DNA of 37,444 nucleotides from Steroidobacteraceae bacterium (GTDB lineage: Bacteria; Pseudomonadota; Gammaproteobacteria; Steroidobacterales; Steroidobacteraceae). Location of the stretch: the NCBI GenBank assembly GCA_036557045.1, contig DATBIF010000033.1, positions 1 to 37,444 of the forward strand, in the 5' to 3' direction. The translations under genes and the position numbers were made by a program. Under the pieces are notes generated by a model, which searched no databases, was not told the origin of the DNA, and saw nothing but the letters and a program-made list of their open reading frames with translations. Of the stretch, positions 7,781 to 17,843 are shown one piece after another (within the stretch, counting starts at the first letter, position 1; each line of letters begins with the position of its first letter).

Positions 7781-9832
7781 TCACGGCACGTTTGCATGCA
7801 GCTCTTCGAGCCAGACGTCCGCGTGCGCGTCGCTCGGGGCCCGCCAGTCCCCGCGTGGCGAAAGCGAGCCGCCCGAACCGATCTTCGGCGCGTTGGGCAA
7901 CGCCGAACGCTTGAACTGGCTGGTCTCGAAGAACCGTCGCAGGAAGATCTCCAGCCAGCGCTTGATCTCTGTGAGGTCGTACGCGCGCCGTTGCGCCAGC
8001 GTAATCGATTCGGGCCAGGCGCCGCGCTCGATGCTCGACCAGGCATGCGAGGCGAGGAACGCGACCTTGCTCGGGCGAAATCCGAAGCGGCTCAGGTAGT
8101 AGAGATTGAAGTCCTGCAGCTCGTAGGGACCGAGCGTCGATTCGGCCGACTGCGGTGGCGTGCCCGGCGCATGCGGAATCAGCTCCGGGCTGATGCGTGT
8201 TGCGAGGATATGAGTCAGTACGCGGGCGAGCGGCTCCTCGACTGCGCCGCTGTGTGCCGCCCAGCGGATCAGGTGCTGCACCAGCGTCTTCGGCACCGAG
8301 GCATTCACGGCGTAGTGGGACATCTGATCGCCGACACCGTAGGTCGTGTAGCCGAGCGCCAGTTCCGAAAGGTCGCTGGTGCCGACGACGAGCCCGCCGT
8401 GCAGATTGGCCAGGCGAAACAGATGCGAGGCGCGCTCGCCGGCCTGCACGTTCTCGTAGGTCACATCGTAACGCGGCTCACCGCGCGCACCCGGATGCCC
8501 GATGTCCTCGAGCAGGCGCGATGCGGCGGGACGGATGTCGATCTCCTGCGCACTGACCCCGAGCGCACGCATGAGCTCGAGCGCGTCGTGATGCGTACGA
8601 CGGCTCGTGGCGAAGCCCGGCAGCGTGTAGCCGAGCACGTTGCTGCGCGGCAGGTGCAGCTGATCGACCGCCTTGGCGCACACGATCAGTGCCTGTGTGG
8701 AATCGAGCCCGCCGGACACACCGATCACCAGCTTGTGGATGCCGGTGGCTTCCATGCGGCGCACCAGGCCCTGCACCTGGATACTGTAGGCCTCGCGACA
8801 ACGCTCTTCGAGGGTGCGAGGGTCGGCCGGAACGTACGGGAAGCGCGCGACGTTGCGCTCCAGAGGCGCGGCGCCGCCCGGGCGCTCGAGGTCGAAGCTT
8901 ACATGACGCCAGCGCGCCAGCGCGTCACGATGCAGCTGCACGCAGTCACCGAAGCTCGTCGTGCGCATGCGCTCCTGGCGCAGGCGCTCGAGATCGACAT
9001 CCGCCACGACGAGCTCGTCCTGGTAGCTGAAGCGCCGCGACTCTGTCAGCACTTCGCCGTTCTCGCACACGAGCGCGTGCCCGTCCCAGGCGAGATCGGT
9101 CGTCGACTCGCCGTAACCCGCCCCGGCATACAGGTAGGCGGCGATGCACTTCGCCGACTGGGAAGTGCACAGCAGCCGGCGGTAGTCGCACTTACCGATG
9201 GTTACATCGCTCGCCGACAGGTTGGCTAGCACGGTCGCCCCGGCCAGCGCGGCATGAGTGCTCGGCGGCAGCGGTACCCAGACGTCTTCGCAGATCTCGA
9301 CGTGTAAGGCGAATTCCGGCCAGTCGCGCGCCTCGAAGACGAGGCCGGCGCCGAAGGGCGCACGCTGCCCCGCGACCGTGATCGAGTCCGAAAGCGCCTG
9401 CGCCGACGCGGTGAACTGACGCTTCTCGTAGAACTCGCGGTAGTTCGGCAGATAACTCTTGGGAATGACTCCCAGCAGCCGGCCCCTGCAGATCATGAGT
9501 GCGCAGTTGAACAATTTACCCTCCGCACGCAGCGGCGCGCCCACCACCAGCACGAGTGGCCATGCGCGGCTCGCTGCGAGCAGCTCGTGGATCGCCGTTT
9601 CCACGGCATCGAGCAGGGCATCCTGCTGAAACAGATCCTCGTTGGAATAGCCCGAGAGGCCGAGCTCCGGAAACAGCGCCATCACGGCCTTGCGCTCGCT
9701 CGCCCGGCGCGCAAGTTCGAGCGTGTGCCGCAGGTTCGCTGCCGGTACGCCCAACTCGACGCGTGGCGTCGCGACGGCCACGCGGCAGAAGCCATGCGTG
9801 TACGCCGAGGCGAAGTCGGCCGCTCTGTTCAT
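7781..9832 (-). CDS. nadE: glutamine-dependent NAD+ synthetase (large two-domain form)
   Basis: 683 aa. N-terminal nitrilase/CN-hydrolase domain ([18 protein letters not shown]) plus a C-terminal NAD synthetase domain with the P-loop GVSGGLDST. Confidence 0.9.
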   Translation of the reverse strand: MNRAADFASAYTHGFCRVAVATPRVELGVPAANLRHTLELARRASERKAVMALFPELGLSGYSNEDLFQQDALLDAVETAIHELLAASRAWPLVLVVGAPLRAEGKLFNCALMICRGRLLGVIPKSYLPNYREFYEKRQFTASAQALSDSITVAGQRAPFGAGLVFEARDWPEFALHVEICEDVWVPLPPSTHAALAGATVLANLSASDVTIGKCDYRRLLCTSQSAKCIAAYLYAGAGYGESTTDLAWDGHALVCENGEVLTESRRFSYQDELVVADVDLERLRQERMRTTSFGDCVQLHRDALARWRHVSFDLERPGGAAPLERNVARFPYVPADPRTLEERCREAYSIQVQGLVRRMEATGIHKLVIGVSGGLDSTQALIVCAKAVDQLHLPRSNVLGYTLPGFATSRRTHHDALELMRALGVSAQEIDIRPAASRLLEDIGHPGARGEPRYDVTYENVQAGERASHLFRLANLHGGLVVGTSDLSELALGYTTYGVGDQMSHYAVNASVPKTLVQHLIRWAAHSGAVEEPLARVLTHILATRISPELIPHAPGTPPQSAESTLGPYELQDFNLYYLSRFGFRPSKVAFLASHAWSSIERGAWPESITLAQRRAYDLTEIKRWLEIFLRRFFETSQFKRSALPNAPKIGSGGSLSPRGDWRAPSDAHADVWLEELHANVP

Positions 9833-9878
9833 GTGCCACGCTCGTCTCGCGCGACGGCGCGACGTGCCGCTTGCTGTT

Positions 9879-11675
9879 TCATGTCCCGGTCTGCGGCTGG
9901 TGCGCCGGGAGGCGCTCCACGACCCCGGGGCGGGCGACGGAGCGATGCACGGTGCAGCCTTTCAGGTCGAGCTCGTAGGCCGCCTCGTAGATCACGGCGA
10001 CGTCCTGTGCTCTCGAATCCTCGGGCAGCGCAATCGTCTTGGAGATCGCTCCATCCACGTAGGGCTGCAAGGCCGCCTGCATCAGGAGGTGCTCGCGTGG
10101 CGCGATCGCCTGCCCCTCGAGGAAAAAATCCGGTGGCCTGGCCTCGCTGTGGAGGTCCCGCCACGCCGCAAAGGCAGGGTCGACGAGGTTGAAAGTATGT
10201 GGCACGCCGTTCGCATCGAGCACGCGCCGCTCGACCTCGAGGCCGAAGATGGGCTCGATGCCGCTGCTCACGTTGTTGGCGAGCAGGCTGATCGTACCCG
10301 CGGGTGCGATCGCGGTCAGGTGGCTGTTGCGGATGCCATCGCGCGCGATGCGCGCCTGGATGGCGTCTGGCAACGAGCGGACGAAGGGCCTGGCGAGATA
10401 CTGGTCGGCATCGAAGGCCGGGAAGGCGCCTTTCTCCCGTGCCAGCTCGATCGACGCCTCGTAGGCCGCGTCGCGCACCGCACGCATCAGGGTCGCTGCC
10501 GCGTGCCGTCCGGCTTCGCTGTCATACCGCAGTCGCAGCATCGCCAGGGCGTCGGCGAGCCCGGTGATGCCGAGACCGATGCGACGCGCGCGGCGAACTG
10601 CCTCGCGTTGCGCCGGGAGCGCGACCCCCGCGATGTCGATGACATCGTCGAGAAAGCGCACGGCAATACGTGTCGCCGCCCGCATGGCATCCTCGTCCAG
10701 GCGCGCGCTCCGCGCGAAGGCATCGCGGACGAAGGCACCCGCGTTGAGCGATCCGAGATTGCACGCGCCGTAGGGCGGCAACGGTTCCTCGCCGCACGGG
10801 TTGGTCGCGCTCAAGCGTTCGCAGTAGCCGAGGTTGTTCATCGCATTGATGTAGTCGATGAAGAGTACGCCCGGCTCGGCGCAATCGAAGGCGCTCGTGC
10901 ACAGCTGCTCCCAGAGCGCGCGTGCGCGCAGTGTCTTATGGACGCGGCAGCGGACCGGCCCCATGGCACCGCTCCAGCAGCGCTGCACCCATCGGGAACC
11001 GGGCGCGGCTTCTTCACTCGATGCCGGATCGGGGAACACGAGCGGCCATTCGCGATCGGTCTTGACCGCCTCCATGAACGCATCGCTGATCAAGACCGAA
11101 AGGTTGAAGTGTCGCAATGCGCGCGGCGCACGTTTGACGTCGATGAATTCCTCGATGTCCGGGTGGTCGCAGCGCAGTGTGGCCATCATCGCGCCGCGCC
11201 GTGCGCTGGTCGAAAGCATCGTCGCGCACATCACGTCCCACAGCGCCATGAAGGACACGGGCCCCGAGGCGATCGTGCCGGTCGCGCGTGCACGGCTGCC
11301 GCGCGGGCGCAGCGTCGAGAAGTCGTAACCGACGCCGCCGCCCTGTTGCATCGTGAGCGCACCCTCCTTCAGGGCCTCGAAGATTGCCTCCAGCGAATCG
11401 CCGATCGTGCCCATGACGAAGCAGTTGAACAGCGTCAGCCGGCGGCTGCTGCCGGCGCCGGCGAGGATGCGGCCGCCGGGGAGGAAACGAAGGTCCTGCA
11501 GCAAGTCGAAGAAGCGTTGCTGCCAGAGCGCGGGCTCGGTTTCGATCGCGGCGGCCGCGCGTGCTACGCGTACCCAGCTATCGACGATCGTCTGTTCGGC
11601 TGGCCGCGCTTCGGCGTCGCGGTAGCGCGTCTCCCAGATGAACTGCGCGATGGTCGAGAGCGAAGGAACAGCCAT
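9879..11675 (-). CDS. nrdJ: adenosylcobalamin-dependent (class II) ribonucleotide reductase
   Basis: 598 aa. [19 protein letters not shown] active-site region and [12 protein letters not shown] segment are typical of class II RNR. ATG start. Confidence 0.85.
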   Translation of the reverse strand: MAVPSLSTIAQFIWETRYRDAEARPAEQTIVDSWVRVARAAAAIETEPALWQQRFFDLLQDLRFLPGGRILAGAGSSRRLTLFNCFVMGTIGDSLEAIFEALKEGALTMQQGGGVGYDFSTLRPRGSRARATGTIASGPVSFMALWDVMCATMLSTSARRGAMMATLRCDHPDIEEFIDVKRAPRALRHFNLSVLISDAFMEAVKTDREWPLVFPDPASSEEAAPGSRWVQRCWSGAMGPVRCRVHKTLRARALWEQLCTSAFDCAEPGVLFIDYINAMNNLGYCERLSATNPCGEEPLPPYGACNLGSLNAGAFVRDAFARSARLDEDAMRAATRIAVRFLDDVIDIAGVALPAQREAVRRARRIGLGITGLADALAMLRLRYDSEAGRHAAATLMRAVRDAAYEASIELAREKGAFPAFDADQYLARPFVRSLPDAIQARIARDGIRNSHLTAIAPAGTISLLANNVSSGIEPIFGLEVERRVLDANGVPHTFNLVDPAFAAWRDLHSEARPPDFFLEGQAIAPREHLLMQAALQPYVDGAISKTIALPEDSRAQDVAVIYEAAYELDLKGCTVHRSVARPGVVERLPAHQPQTGT

Positions 11676-11693
11676 GGCGAGCGTGGCGCACGC

Positions 11694-12161
11694 TCAGGTC
11701 TCGAACATCTCGCGCGTCAGGTGAGCACGCAGGGCCGTTTCGTCCTGCTTGTGCACCAGATCCTTTGGCACTTCGCCGACGACCCGGTCGTGCACTGCTT
11801 TCGGGAGCGCTGCGCGCAACATGCCCAGGAACGATGGACCCGCTATCAGCACCAGACGGTCGAAGCCGCCGGCGCTGGCGGCGGTCAGCGTATCGGCAAT
11901 CCGGCGCGCGAACAGCTCGGCCTCGTGCTTGTGCGGCCGTCGCTCACCGCCGGTGGCGTGATGCGCGACTGCGCCGTGGCGCGCGCCTGCGGCGGGAGCG
12001 TGATCGAACACCCGCCCCGGGCGGTCCGACTTGAAGTCGCGATCGTGCAGGCGAGCCTTGGGATCGCTCAGGTGACCTGCGGGACGCAGCACCGCCTCCA
12101 CCCCGACGCTGTCGTAGAAGCGCGCTTCACCCTGATCGGCGACCACGATTCGTACACGCAC
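11694..12161 (-). CDS. host-attachment-family protein (Host_attach-like, function unknown)
   Basis: 155 aa. VVADQGEARFY start, HEAELFARRIADTL and LVLIAGPSFLGMLRAALP...EVPKDL match my memory of the family pattern. GTG start with a GGAG SD 6 nt upstream. Confidence 0.65.
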   Translation of the reverse strand: MRVRIVVADQGEARFYDSVGVEAVLRPAGHLSDPKARLHDRDFKSDRPGRVFDHAPAAGARHGAVAHHATGGERRPHKHEAELFARRIADTLTAASAGGFDRLVLIAGPSFLGMLRAALPKAVHDRVVGEVPKDLVHKQDETALRAHLTREMFET

Positions 12162-12177
12162 GGCTCGCTCCTGGACT

Positions 12178-12576
12178 TCAGAGTTTGGGGATGGGGGGAA
12201 CCGCTCGCGTCTTCTCGTGCTGGCGCTGGCAGTTCAGGCAACGCTTGGCGGTCGGGTAGGCCTGCAGCCGCTGGGGCGCGATCGACGCGCCGCAGCCGAT
12301 GCACAGGCCGAATGTCCCGGCGGCGACGCGCTTGAGCGCGGCATCGATGTCACGGATCTCACCCGCATCGCGGTTCACCTCTGCCACGTCGATACCCGCG
12401 AGCAATTCGGCAAGCGACTCGTCCTTGCGATCGTGAACCTCACCGGCGAGGCGCGCATGGCCCTCGTCGCGAGAGCGCAGGAGCGTGGCGTGAATTTCCT
12501 GGCGCAGAGCCTCGCGTCGCGATTGCAGCTCGCGCTCCACGGTTGAGAAGTCAGTGCGTCGCAAGGTGTTCTGCAT
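12178..12576 (-). CDS. DksA/TraR-family C4 zinc-finger protein
   Basis: CIGCGASIAPQRLQAYPTAKRCLNC (CxxC-N17-CxxC) follows a coiled-coil region. The ATG at 12576 has a GGAGA SD. The alternative GTG at 12600 would overlap the groEL stop. Confidence 0.8.
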   Translation of the reverse strand: MQNTLRRTDFSTVERELQSRREALRQEIHATLLRSRDEGHARLAGEVHDRKDESLAELLAGIDVAEVNRDAGEIRDIDAALKRVAAGTFGLCIGCGASIAPQRLQAYPTAKRCLNCQRQHEKTRAVPPIPKL

Positions 12577-12596
12577 GCATCTCTCCAGCACGGCGC

Positions 12597-14216
12597 TCAC
12601 ATCGCCGGCTCTGCGGCCGGGCTCTCTTCATGCTTCTCCGGTTTCTCGGTGACGGTCGCTTCGGTCAGGAGCAGCACGCTCGCCACGGAGACTGCATTCT
12701 CGAGCGCCAGGCGCACGACCTTGGCCGGATCGACGATGCCCGCCTCGAGGAGGTCCACGTACTGCTTGCGCGCGGCGTCGAAACCGATATTGCCGCTGCC
12801 ATTGAGCATGCGGTCCACGACCACGCCACCGTCCGCAGAGGAATTCTCCGCGATCTGCCGCGTGGGGGCTTCGAGGGCGCGCCGCAGGATCTGCACACCC
12901 GTGCGTTCATCACCCGTGCACTCGGCCTCGAGTGCCGCCACCGCCGGCGCCGCGCGCAGCAGCGCCAGGCCGCCTCCCGGCACGATGCCCTCGGCCACCG
13001 CCGCCTTCGTGGAGCTGATCGCATCGTCGAGCGCATCCTTGCGTGACTTCATCTCCGATTCCGAAGGAGCCCCGACGCGGATCACGGCCACGCCGCCCGA
13101 GAGCTTGGCGAGACGCTCCTCGAGCTTCTCGCGATCGTAGTCGCTGGTGGCACGCTCGAGCTCCTTGCGGATCATCTGGATCCGCCCCTGGATCTCGGCC
13201 TTGTCGCCGGCGCCGCCAATGATGGTGGTGTTGTCCTTGTCGACCACCACGCGTTTCGCCTGTCCGAGCTGGCTGAGCTTGACGTCTTCCAGCTTGAAGC
13301 CGAGCTCCTCGGACACGAGCTCTCCGCCCGTGAGCGTGGCGATGTCCTGGAGCAGCGCCTTGCGGCGATCGCCGAAACCGGGCGCCTTCACCGCTGCATT
13401 CTTCAATACCCCGCGGATGCGGTTCACGATCAGGGTGGCAAGCGCCTCGCTCTCGATGTCCTCGGCGATCACCAGGATCGGCCGCCCCGATTTCGCCACC
13501 TGCTCGAGCAGCGGGATGATGTCCTTGAGGATGTTGAGCTTGCGGTCGCAGATGAGGATGTACGGCTCTTCGAGCACCGCTTCCATCGTGCCGGGATCCG
13601 TGACGAAGTAGGGCGACAGGTAACCGCGATCGAACTGCAGACCCTCGACGACCTCGAGCGTGGTCTCGGTGGTCTTCGATTCTTCGACGGTGATCACTCC
13701 CTCGCCGCCGACTCTCTCCATGGCCTGCGCCACCAGCTCGCCGATGGCTGCGTCGTTGTGAGCGGAGATGGTCGCGACCTGCGCCTTCTCCTTGCGGCTG
13801 CTGACCGGCTTCGCGAGCTGCTTGAGGGCCTTGACGGCGACTTCCGCGCCACGGTCCAGGCCGCGCTTCAGATCGATGGCGCTCGCGCCGGCGGCGACGT
13901 TGCGTACGCCCTCCGCGTAGATGGCATGCGCGAGAATCGTGGCGGTGCTGGTGCCGTCGCCGACCGCATCGCCGGTCTTCTCGGCAGCCTGGCGCAGCAT
14001 CTGCGCGCCGAGATTCTCCTCCGGGTCCTCGAGCTCCAGCTCCTTGGCAATCGTGACACCGTCGTTGCACACGATCGGCGTACCCCATTTCTTCTGGATG
14101 AGCACCGACTTGGACTTCGGTCCGAGCGTGATGCGCACAGCATCCGCGAGCTGACTCGTGCCGCGCAGCACCTTCTCGCGCGCAGCAGAGCGAAACAAGA
14201 CCTGCTTGGCGCCCAT
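12597..14216 (-). CDS. groEL: chaperonin GroEL paralogue (no adjacent groES)
   Basis: 539 aa, unmistakable Cpn60 ([41 protein letters not shown]). The C-terminus ends [16 protein letters not shown] instead of a GGM repeat. GAGGAG SD. Confidence 0.95.
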   Translation of the reverse strand: MGAKQVLFRSAAREKVLRGTSQLADAVRITLGPKSKSVLIQKKWGTPIVCNDGVTIAKELELEDPEENLGAQMLRQAAEKTGDAVGDGTSTATILAHAIYAEGVRNVAAGASAIDLKRGLDRGAEVAVKALKQLAKPVSSRKEKAQVATISAHNDAAIGELVAQAMERVGGEGVITVEESKTTETTLEVVEGLQFDRGYLSPYFVTDPGTMEAVLEEPYILICDRKLNILKDIIPLLEQVAKSGRPILVIAEDIESEALATLIVNRIRGVLKNAAVKAPGFGDRRKALLQDIATLTGGELVSEELGFKLEDVKLSQLGQAKRVVVDKDNTTIIGGAGDKAEIQGRIQMIRKELERATSDYDREKLEERLAKLSGGVAVIRVGAPSESEMKSRKDALDDAISSTKAAVAEGIVPGGGLALLRAAPAVAALEAECTGDERTGVQILRRALEAPTRQIAENSSADGGVVVDRMLNGSGNIGFDAARKQYVDLLEAGIVDPAKVVRLALENAVSVASVLLLTEATVTEKPEKHEESPAAEPAM

Positions 14217-14231
14217 TGCGGCTCCTCGGTC

Positions 14232-14495
14232 TTATGCGTCGATCAGAGCAGCCGGCGCCGCGGCCGTCAGCGCGCGATCGATCTCGCGCTCGGCCTGCAG
14301 CCAGTCCTCCATTTCCTGGCCTGGACAGAAGTTCCGCCGCTCGGCGAGGAAGTAGGCGGCTTCGCAAATCATCGAATGCCGGCGTTCCGGTTCGATGTAC
14401 GCCGGGCTGCCAGCGGCGGCTGGCGTGTCCGCGCTGCGCTCAGGTTGCGCAATGGCGCTCTTGGCCTTGGGCAGGCGGTGCTGGGGTCGTGCCAT
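14232..14495 (-). CDS. DUF2934-like small protein
   Basis: 87 aa from MARPQHR. The C-terminal ICEAAYFLAERRNFCPGQEMEDWLQAEREI resembles the DUF2934 signature. GGAGG SD lies 7 nt upstream of the ATG at 14495. Confidence 0.6.
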   Translation of the reverse strand: MARPQHRLPKAKSAIAQPERSADTPAAAGSPAYIEPERRHSMICEAAYFLAERRNFCPGQEMEDWLQAEREIDRALTAAAPAALIDA

Positions 14496-14603
14496 GACAA
14501 ATCCTCCATACGACAGTTTGAAATGTTGGTCGCCTGCACTCGCGAGCGCCATACGCACTTGCCCCAATGCGCCCTCGGAAACCACGTCTTCCGGCTTACG
14601 AGC

Positions 14604-16202
14604 CTAGTGGCCTGAATCGGCCGCGATCCATTCAGCGGCCTTCTCCGCGATCATGATCACGGGTGCGTTGGTATTGCCGCCAATGAGCTCCGGCATGATC
14701 GACGCGTCGACGACACGCAGACCGCGCACTCCACGCACGCGCAGGCGCGTATCCACGACGGCATTCGGGTCGCTGCCCATGCGGCACGTGCCAACCGGGT
14801 GATAGATCGTTTCGGCCTTGCGTCGCACCACGGCTGCGAGCGCCGGCCGAGTCATCGCGCCGGCGCCCGGGAAGAGCTCCTCCCCGCGATACGGGTTGAA
14901 AGGCGCAGCATTCAGGATCTCGCGTGCCAGGCGCACGCCTTCGAGCAGGACATCGAGATCCGGCGGCGCGGTGAGGTACCGCGGCCGGATGAGGGGTGCA
15001 TCCTCGGGCCGGTTCGACCTCAGCAGGATCTGTCCCCGGCTTCGCGGGCGCAGGACGCACGCGTGCAGCGTGTAACCGTGCCCCGGCAGACGGTTGCGTC
15101 CATGATCGTCGAGTTGCGCGGGAACGAAGTGCAATTGCACGTCCGGTCGTTCGTCCGGCGCGAGGGCCGTGCGCAGGAACCCACCGGCCTCGGCGACATT
15201 GCTCACGCCGGGGCCAGAGCCGCTGAAAAGGTAACGCAGGCTGACCGCGATCTCCTGCGCCATCGTGAAATCGTAGGTGATCGGCTGCGTGCAGCGCACG
15301 AGCGTGCAGAAGTCGAGATGGTCCTGCAGGTTGGCGCCAACCTCGGCTCGATCCGCAACCACGGCTATGCCGTGCGAGCGCAGTTGATCGGCGGGGCCCA
15401 ATCCCGAGAGCATCAGGAGCTGCGGCGAGGCGACAGCACCCGCGGCGATGATGACCTCGCGCTCGGCGCGCACGGCATGCAGTTGCCCGGCACGCCGGTA
15501 TTCGACCCCGATGGCGCGATCGCGCTCGAAGCGCACACGCGTCACCAGGCTCCGGGTGAGAATTCGCAGCCGTCGGCGGCCCTGCGCGCGGCGCAAGTAT
15601 GCGACCGCGCTGCTGCAGCGGCGCCCATTTCGTTGCGTAACCTGGTAGAACCCTACGCCTTCCTGTCGCGGACCATTGAAGTCCTCGTTACGCGTCAGGC
15701 CGAGCGAGACGCCGGCCTCGACGAACACGGCGCTCAACGGATTGCGGAACTTCAGGTCCTCGACATGGAGGGGACCGCCAGCGCCGTGATACTCGCTCGC
15801 GCCACGCGCCTGATCCTCGGACTTGCGGAAGTACCGCAGCACGTCCGCGTAATCCCAGCCGTCATTGCCGAGCCTGGCCCACGCGTCGTAGTCGAGCCGG
15901 TGCCCACGCGTGTAGCACATCGCGTTGATCGAGCTGCTGCCGCCAAGCACACGGCCGCGAGGCCAGTACAGGCGCCGACCTTGCAGCTCCGCTTCGGGCT
16001 CCGTGTAGTAGCGCCAGTCGATGTGTGGATTGTCGACGAGGCGGGCAATGCCCGCGGGCATGTGAATGAGGGGACTCGAGTCGCGGCCTCCGGCCTCGAG
16101 CAGGAGCACGGTGACATCCGGCCGCGCCGAAAGCCGATGTGCCACTACACAGCCCGCAGAGCCGCCCCCTACGATCACGTAGTCGTACGCGTGCTCAGCC
16201 AT
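14604..16202 (-). CDS. GMC-family FAD oxidoreductase (choline / long-chain alcohol dehydrogenase-like)
   Basis: [23 protein letters not shown] fold, GGSSSINAM, and the C-terminal GMC signature HPVGTCRMG. The ATG at 16202 overlaps the upstream gene's end by 8 nt. Confidence 0.9.
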   Translation of the reverse strand: MAEHAYDYVIVGGGSAGCVVAHRLSARPDVTVLLLEAGGRDSSPLIHMPAGIARLVDNPHIDWRYYTEPEAELQGRRLYWPRGRVLGGSSSINAMCYTRGHRLDYDAWARLGNDGWDYADVLRYFRKSEDQARGASEYHGAGGPLHVEDLKFRNPLSAVFVEAGVSLGLTRNEDFNGPRQEGVGFYQVTQRNGRRCSSAVAYLRRAQGRRRLRILTRSLVTRVRFERDRAIGVEYRRAGQLHAVRAEREVIIAAGAVASPQLLMLSGLGPADQLRSHGIAVVADRAEVGANLQDHLDFCTLVRCTQPITYDFTMAQEIAVSLRYLFSGSGPGVSNVAEAGGFLRTALAPDERPDVQLHFVPAQLDDHGRNRLPGHGYTLHACVLRPRSRGQILLRSNRPEDAPLIRPRYLTAPPDLDVLLEGVRLAREILNAAPFNPYRGEELFPGAGAMTRPALAAVVRRKAETIYHPVGTCRMGSDPNAVVDTRLRVRGVRGLRVVDASIMPELIGGNTNAPVIMIAEKAAEWIAADSGH

Positions 16203-16908
16203 CGCCGCCGCCTGCTCGCAACGCGCCAATATCGGCCGGGATCCCACGCCCGTCGAACAGGGCTCGCAGCAAGCGCATCTCGCGTTCCCTGATCGCGCTG
16301 AGCAGGACACCCGCGCCCTTCATGTGCCTGAAGGCCTGGAACCCGCGCTCCAGGAAATCCTGCAGCACCCCGAGTCCCGCCGCATGCGCAGGTTGGCGTG
16401 CCACACGCAGTGCAAGCTCGATCCAGGTGTGACGACACAGCCGGTCGAGGTGCTCGCCGATGCTCACGATGAGTGCGATCTGGCGCAAGCGCGCCCGGCG
16501 CTGCCCGACCGCACGATACGCCGCCGCATACGTGGCGCCGCTGACGGGTCCCGGCGCGAGCGTGCCGGCCATGCGCACATCGAGCTCACGCGTGATCACA
16601 TCCAGCTCGATCGCATGGCGCAGCACACTCAGTAATGCTCGTGGCAGGGAGCGCTTGAGATGGCGCCACGCACGGGCCAGCTCCCGGTCGCGTTGTGCGC
16701 AATCCTGGGGACCGTACAGGTCGTGCAGAAAGAACTCGATCGCGCGCGCGTAGCGCGAGTCGCGATGCAGATCAGCGTAGGTGCGTGCCAGCCTTTGCGA
16801 CTGCCAGACACGAAGCTCCTGGAGGCGCGCGCCAGCGCTGTTCGCCTGATCCTGCGCGGGCTGCGGCGACACCGGGCGCCTCAGCAAGTCCTCGAGATCC
16901 CGGTTCAC
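16195..16908 (-). CDS. hypothetical protein (helical, Arg-rich, no family recognised)
   Basis: 237-aa ORF packed 3 nt after the hydrolase stop and overlapping the GMC start. Contains FFLHDLYGPQDCAQRD. GTG start. Coding status is inferred mainly from operon packing. Confidence 0.55.
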   Translation of the reverse strand: MNRDLEDLLRRPVSPQPAQDQANSAGARLQELRVWQSQRLARTYADLHRDSRYARAIEFFLHDLYGPQDCAQRDRELARAWRHLKRSLPRALLSVLRHAIELDVITRELDVRMAGTLAPGPVSGATYAAAYRAVGQRRARLRQIALIVSIGEHLDRLCRHTWIELALRVARQPAHAAGLGVLQDFLERGFQAFRHMKGAGVLLSAIREREMRLLRALFDGRGIPADIGALRAGGGDG

Positions 16909-16911
16909 TGG

Positions 16912-17835
16912 CTACACCCCGCCGACTCGCTTGCCTGGGTCCTGCTGCGAAAGCGCCGCGAGCAGGTAATGCAGGACCCGCGCCGAATGTAACAGGCCGA
17001 AGTGACCCAGGCCGGCAACAGCCCGTGGTGCGGCACCAGCCAGCTCCGCGCTCGCTGCGGGTGCAACGTGATTGTCGTCCATGCTGTAGATCGTGGTGAT
17101 CGGAACAGACTCGGATCGGGGCATGGCGTTGAGCTGCTTCAGCCAGGCCGATCCTGGCAGCATTTGACGTGCCGCGGCGCCAGGCACAAATCGCGCGAGC
17201 ACGCTGCCGTGGTGCGGAGTCCCGAGCGTGACGATGCAGCTCACCGCTTCGGCAACGTCACGCACCGCCGCCGCGCGCGCGACGAGCCCGCCCATGCTGT
17301 GCCCGATGATGGCGACCCGGGCACCGCGCGCTTCGGCACGCATTGACGATAACTCCTTCGCCACCTGGCGCGCGTACTCATCGATGTCCGCGAAGAGCGG
17401 CGCAAGGTTCAAGGCTCGCACCGGTGAATACCCGGCAGCGTGGAGCTTGCGTTGCAGGCCGCGCCAGATCGCCCGATTGCAGAGCACGCCATGGATCAGC
17501 AGCACCGGGCGTTGATCCCCCGCGCCAGGTGCGGGCGGGTTCTCGCTCCACCGCAGCCAGGGCTCGACGCTCATCGCCAGCTTCTCGACCAGGAATGCAG
17601 GGCTTTCGCTGAAGAGCACGCGCCAGGGAAAGGCGGCCAACGCGCTGCGCGTGAGCACGCGGCCCAGGAATATCGAAACTGCTACCAGCAGGAACTGCAG
17701 CAGGAGAAACACGGCGGGCACCACGGCGAACGCAGCGGTTGTTCGCAGGCCGAGCCAGGACGACATGCCCCAGGTAATTACTGCAGCGACCGCGAGCTCG
17801 AGGGCGAGCTGCAACCGCCAAAAGCGGGCAGCCAT
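16912..17835 (-). CDS. membrane-anchored alpha/beta hydrolase (lipase/esterase-like)
   Basis: Two N-terminal hydrophobic helices, then VLLIHGV and the nucleophile elbow GHSMGG. The ATG at 17835 has a GAGGAG SD. The GTG at 17847 is an alternative. Confidence 0.8.
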   Translation of the reverse strand: MAARFWRLQLALELAVAAVITWGMSSWLGLRTTAAFAVVPAVFLLLQFLLVAVSIFLGRVLTRSALAAFPWRVLFSESPAFLVEKLAMSVEPWLRWSENPPAPGAGDQRPVLLIHGVLCNRAIWRGLQRKLHAAGYSPVRALNLAPLFADIDEYARQVAKELSSMRAEARGARVAIIGHSMGGLVARAAAVRDVAEAVSCIVTLGTPHHGSVLARFVPGAAARQMLPGSAWLKQLNAMPRSESVPITTIYSMDDNHVAPAASAELAGAAPRAVAGLGHFGLLHSARVLHYLLAALSQQDPGKRVGGV

Positions 17836-17843
17836 GCGGCTCC

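Noticed and set aside
9690-12335. Very long ORFs antisense to confidently called genes. Examples: 9690-12335 (+, 881 aa), 22127-24142 (-, 671 aa), 2572-4356 (-), 241-1662 (+), 5351-6574 (+), 7796-9229 (+), 12910-14367 (-), 14799-16292 (+), 17862-19517 (+), 23878-25500 (-), 28359-29525 (+), 30424-31584 (+), 31965-33386 (+), 36191-37207 (-).
   Set aside because: They are typical shadow ORFs of GC-rich DNA. They are Arg/Ala/Gly/Pro-rich with low complexity and no recognisable motifs. Each lies opposite a gene with strong family signatures.
14535-14551. Sigma54-like element upstream of DUF2934/groEL (TGGCGC-N5-AGTGCA on the minus strand), plus a GCACTC half that recalls CIRCE.
   Set aside because: The GG-to-GC spacing is one nucleotide longer than the canonical -24/-12 arrangement. 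Only one CIRCE half-site is present, with no inverted partner.
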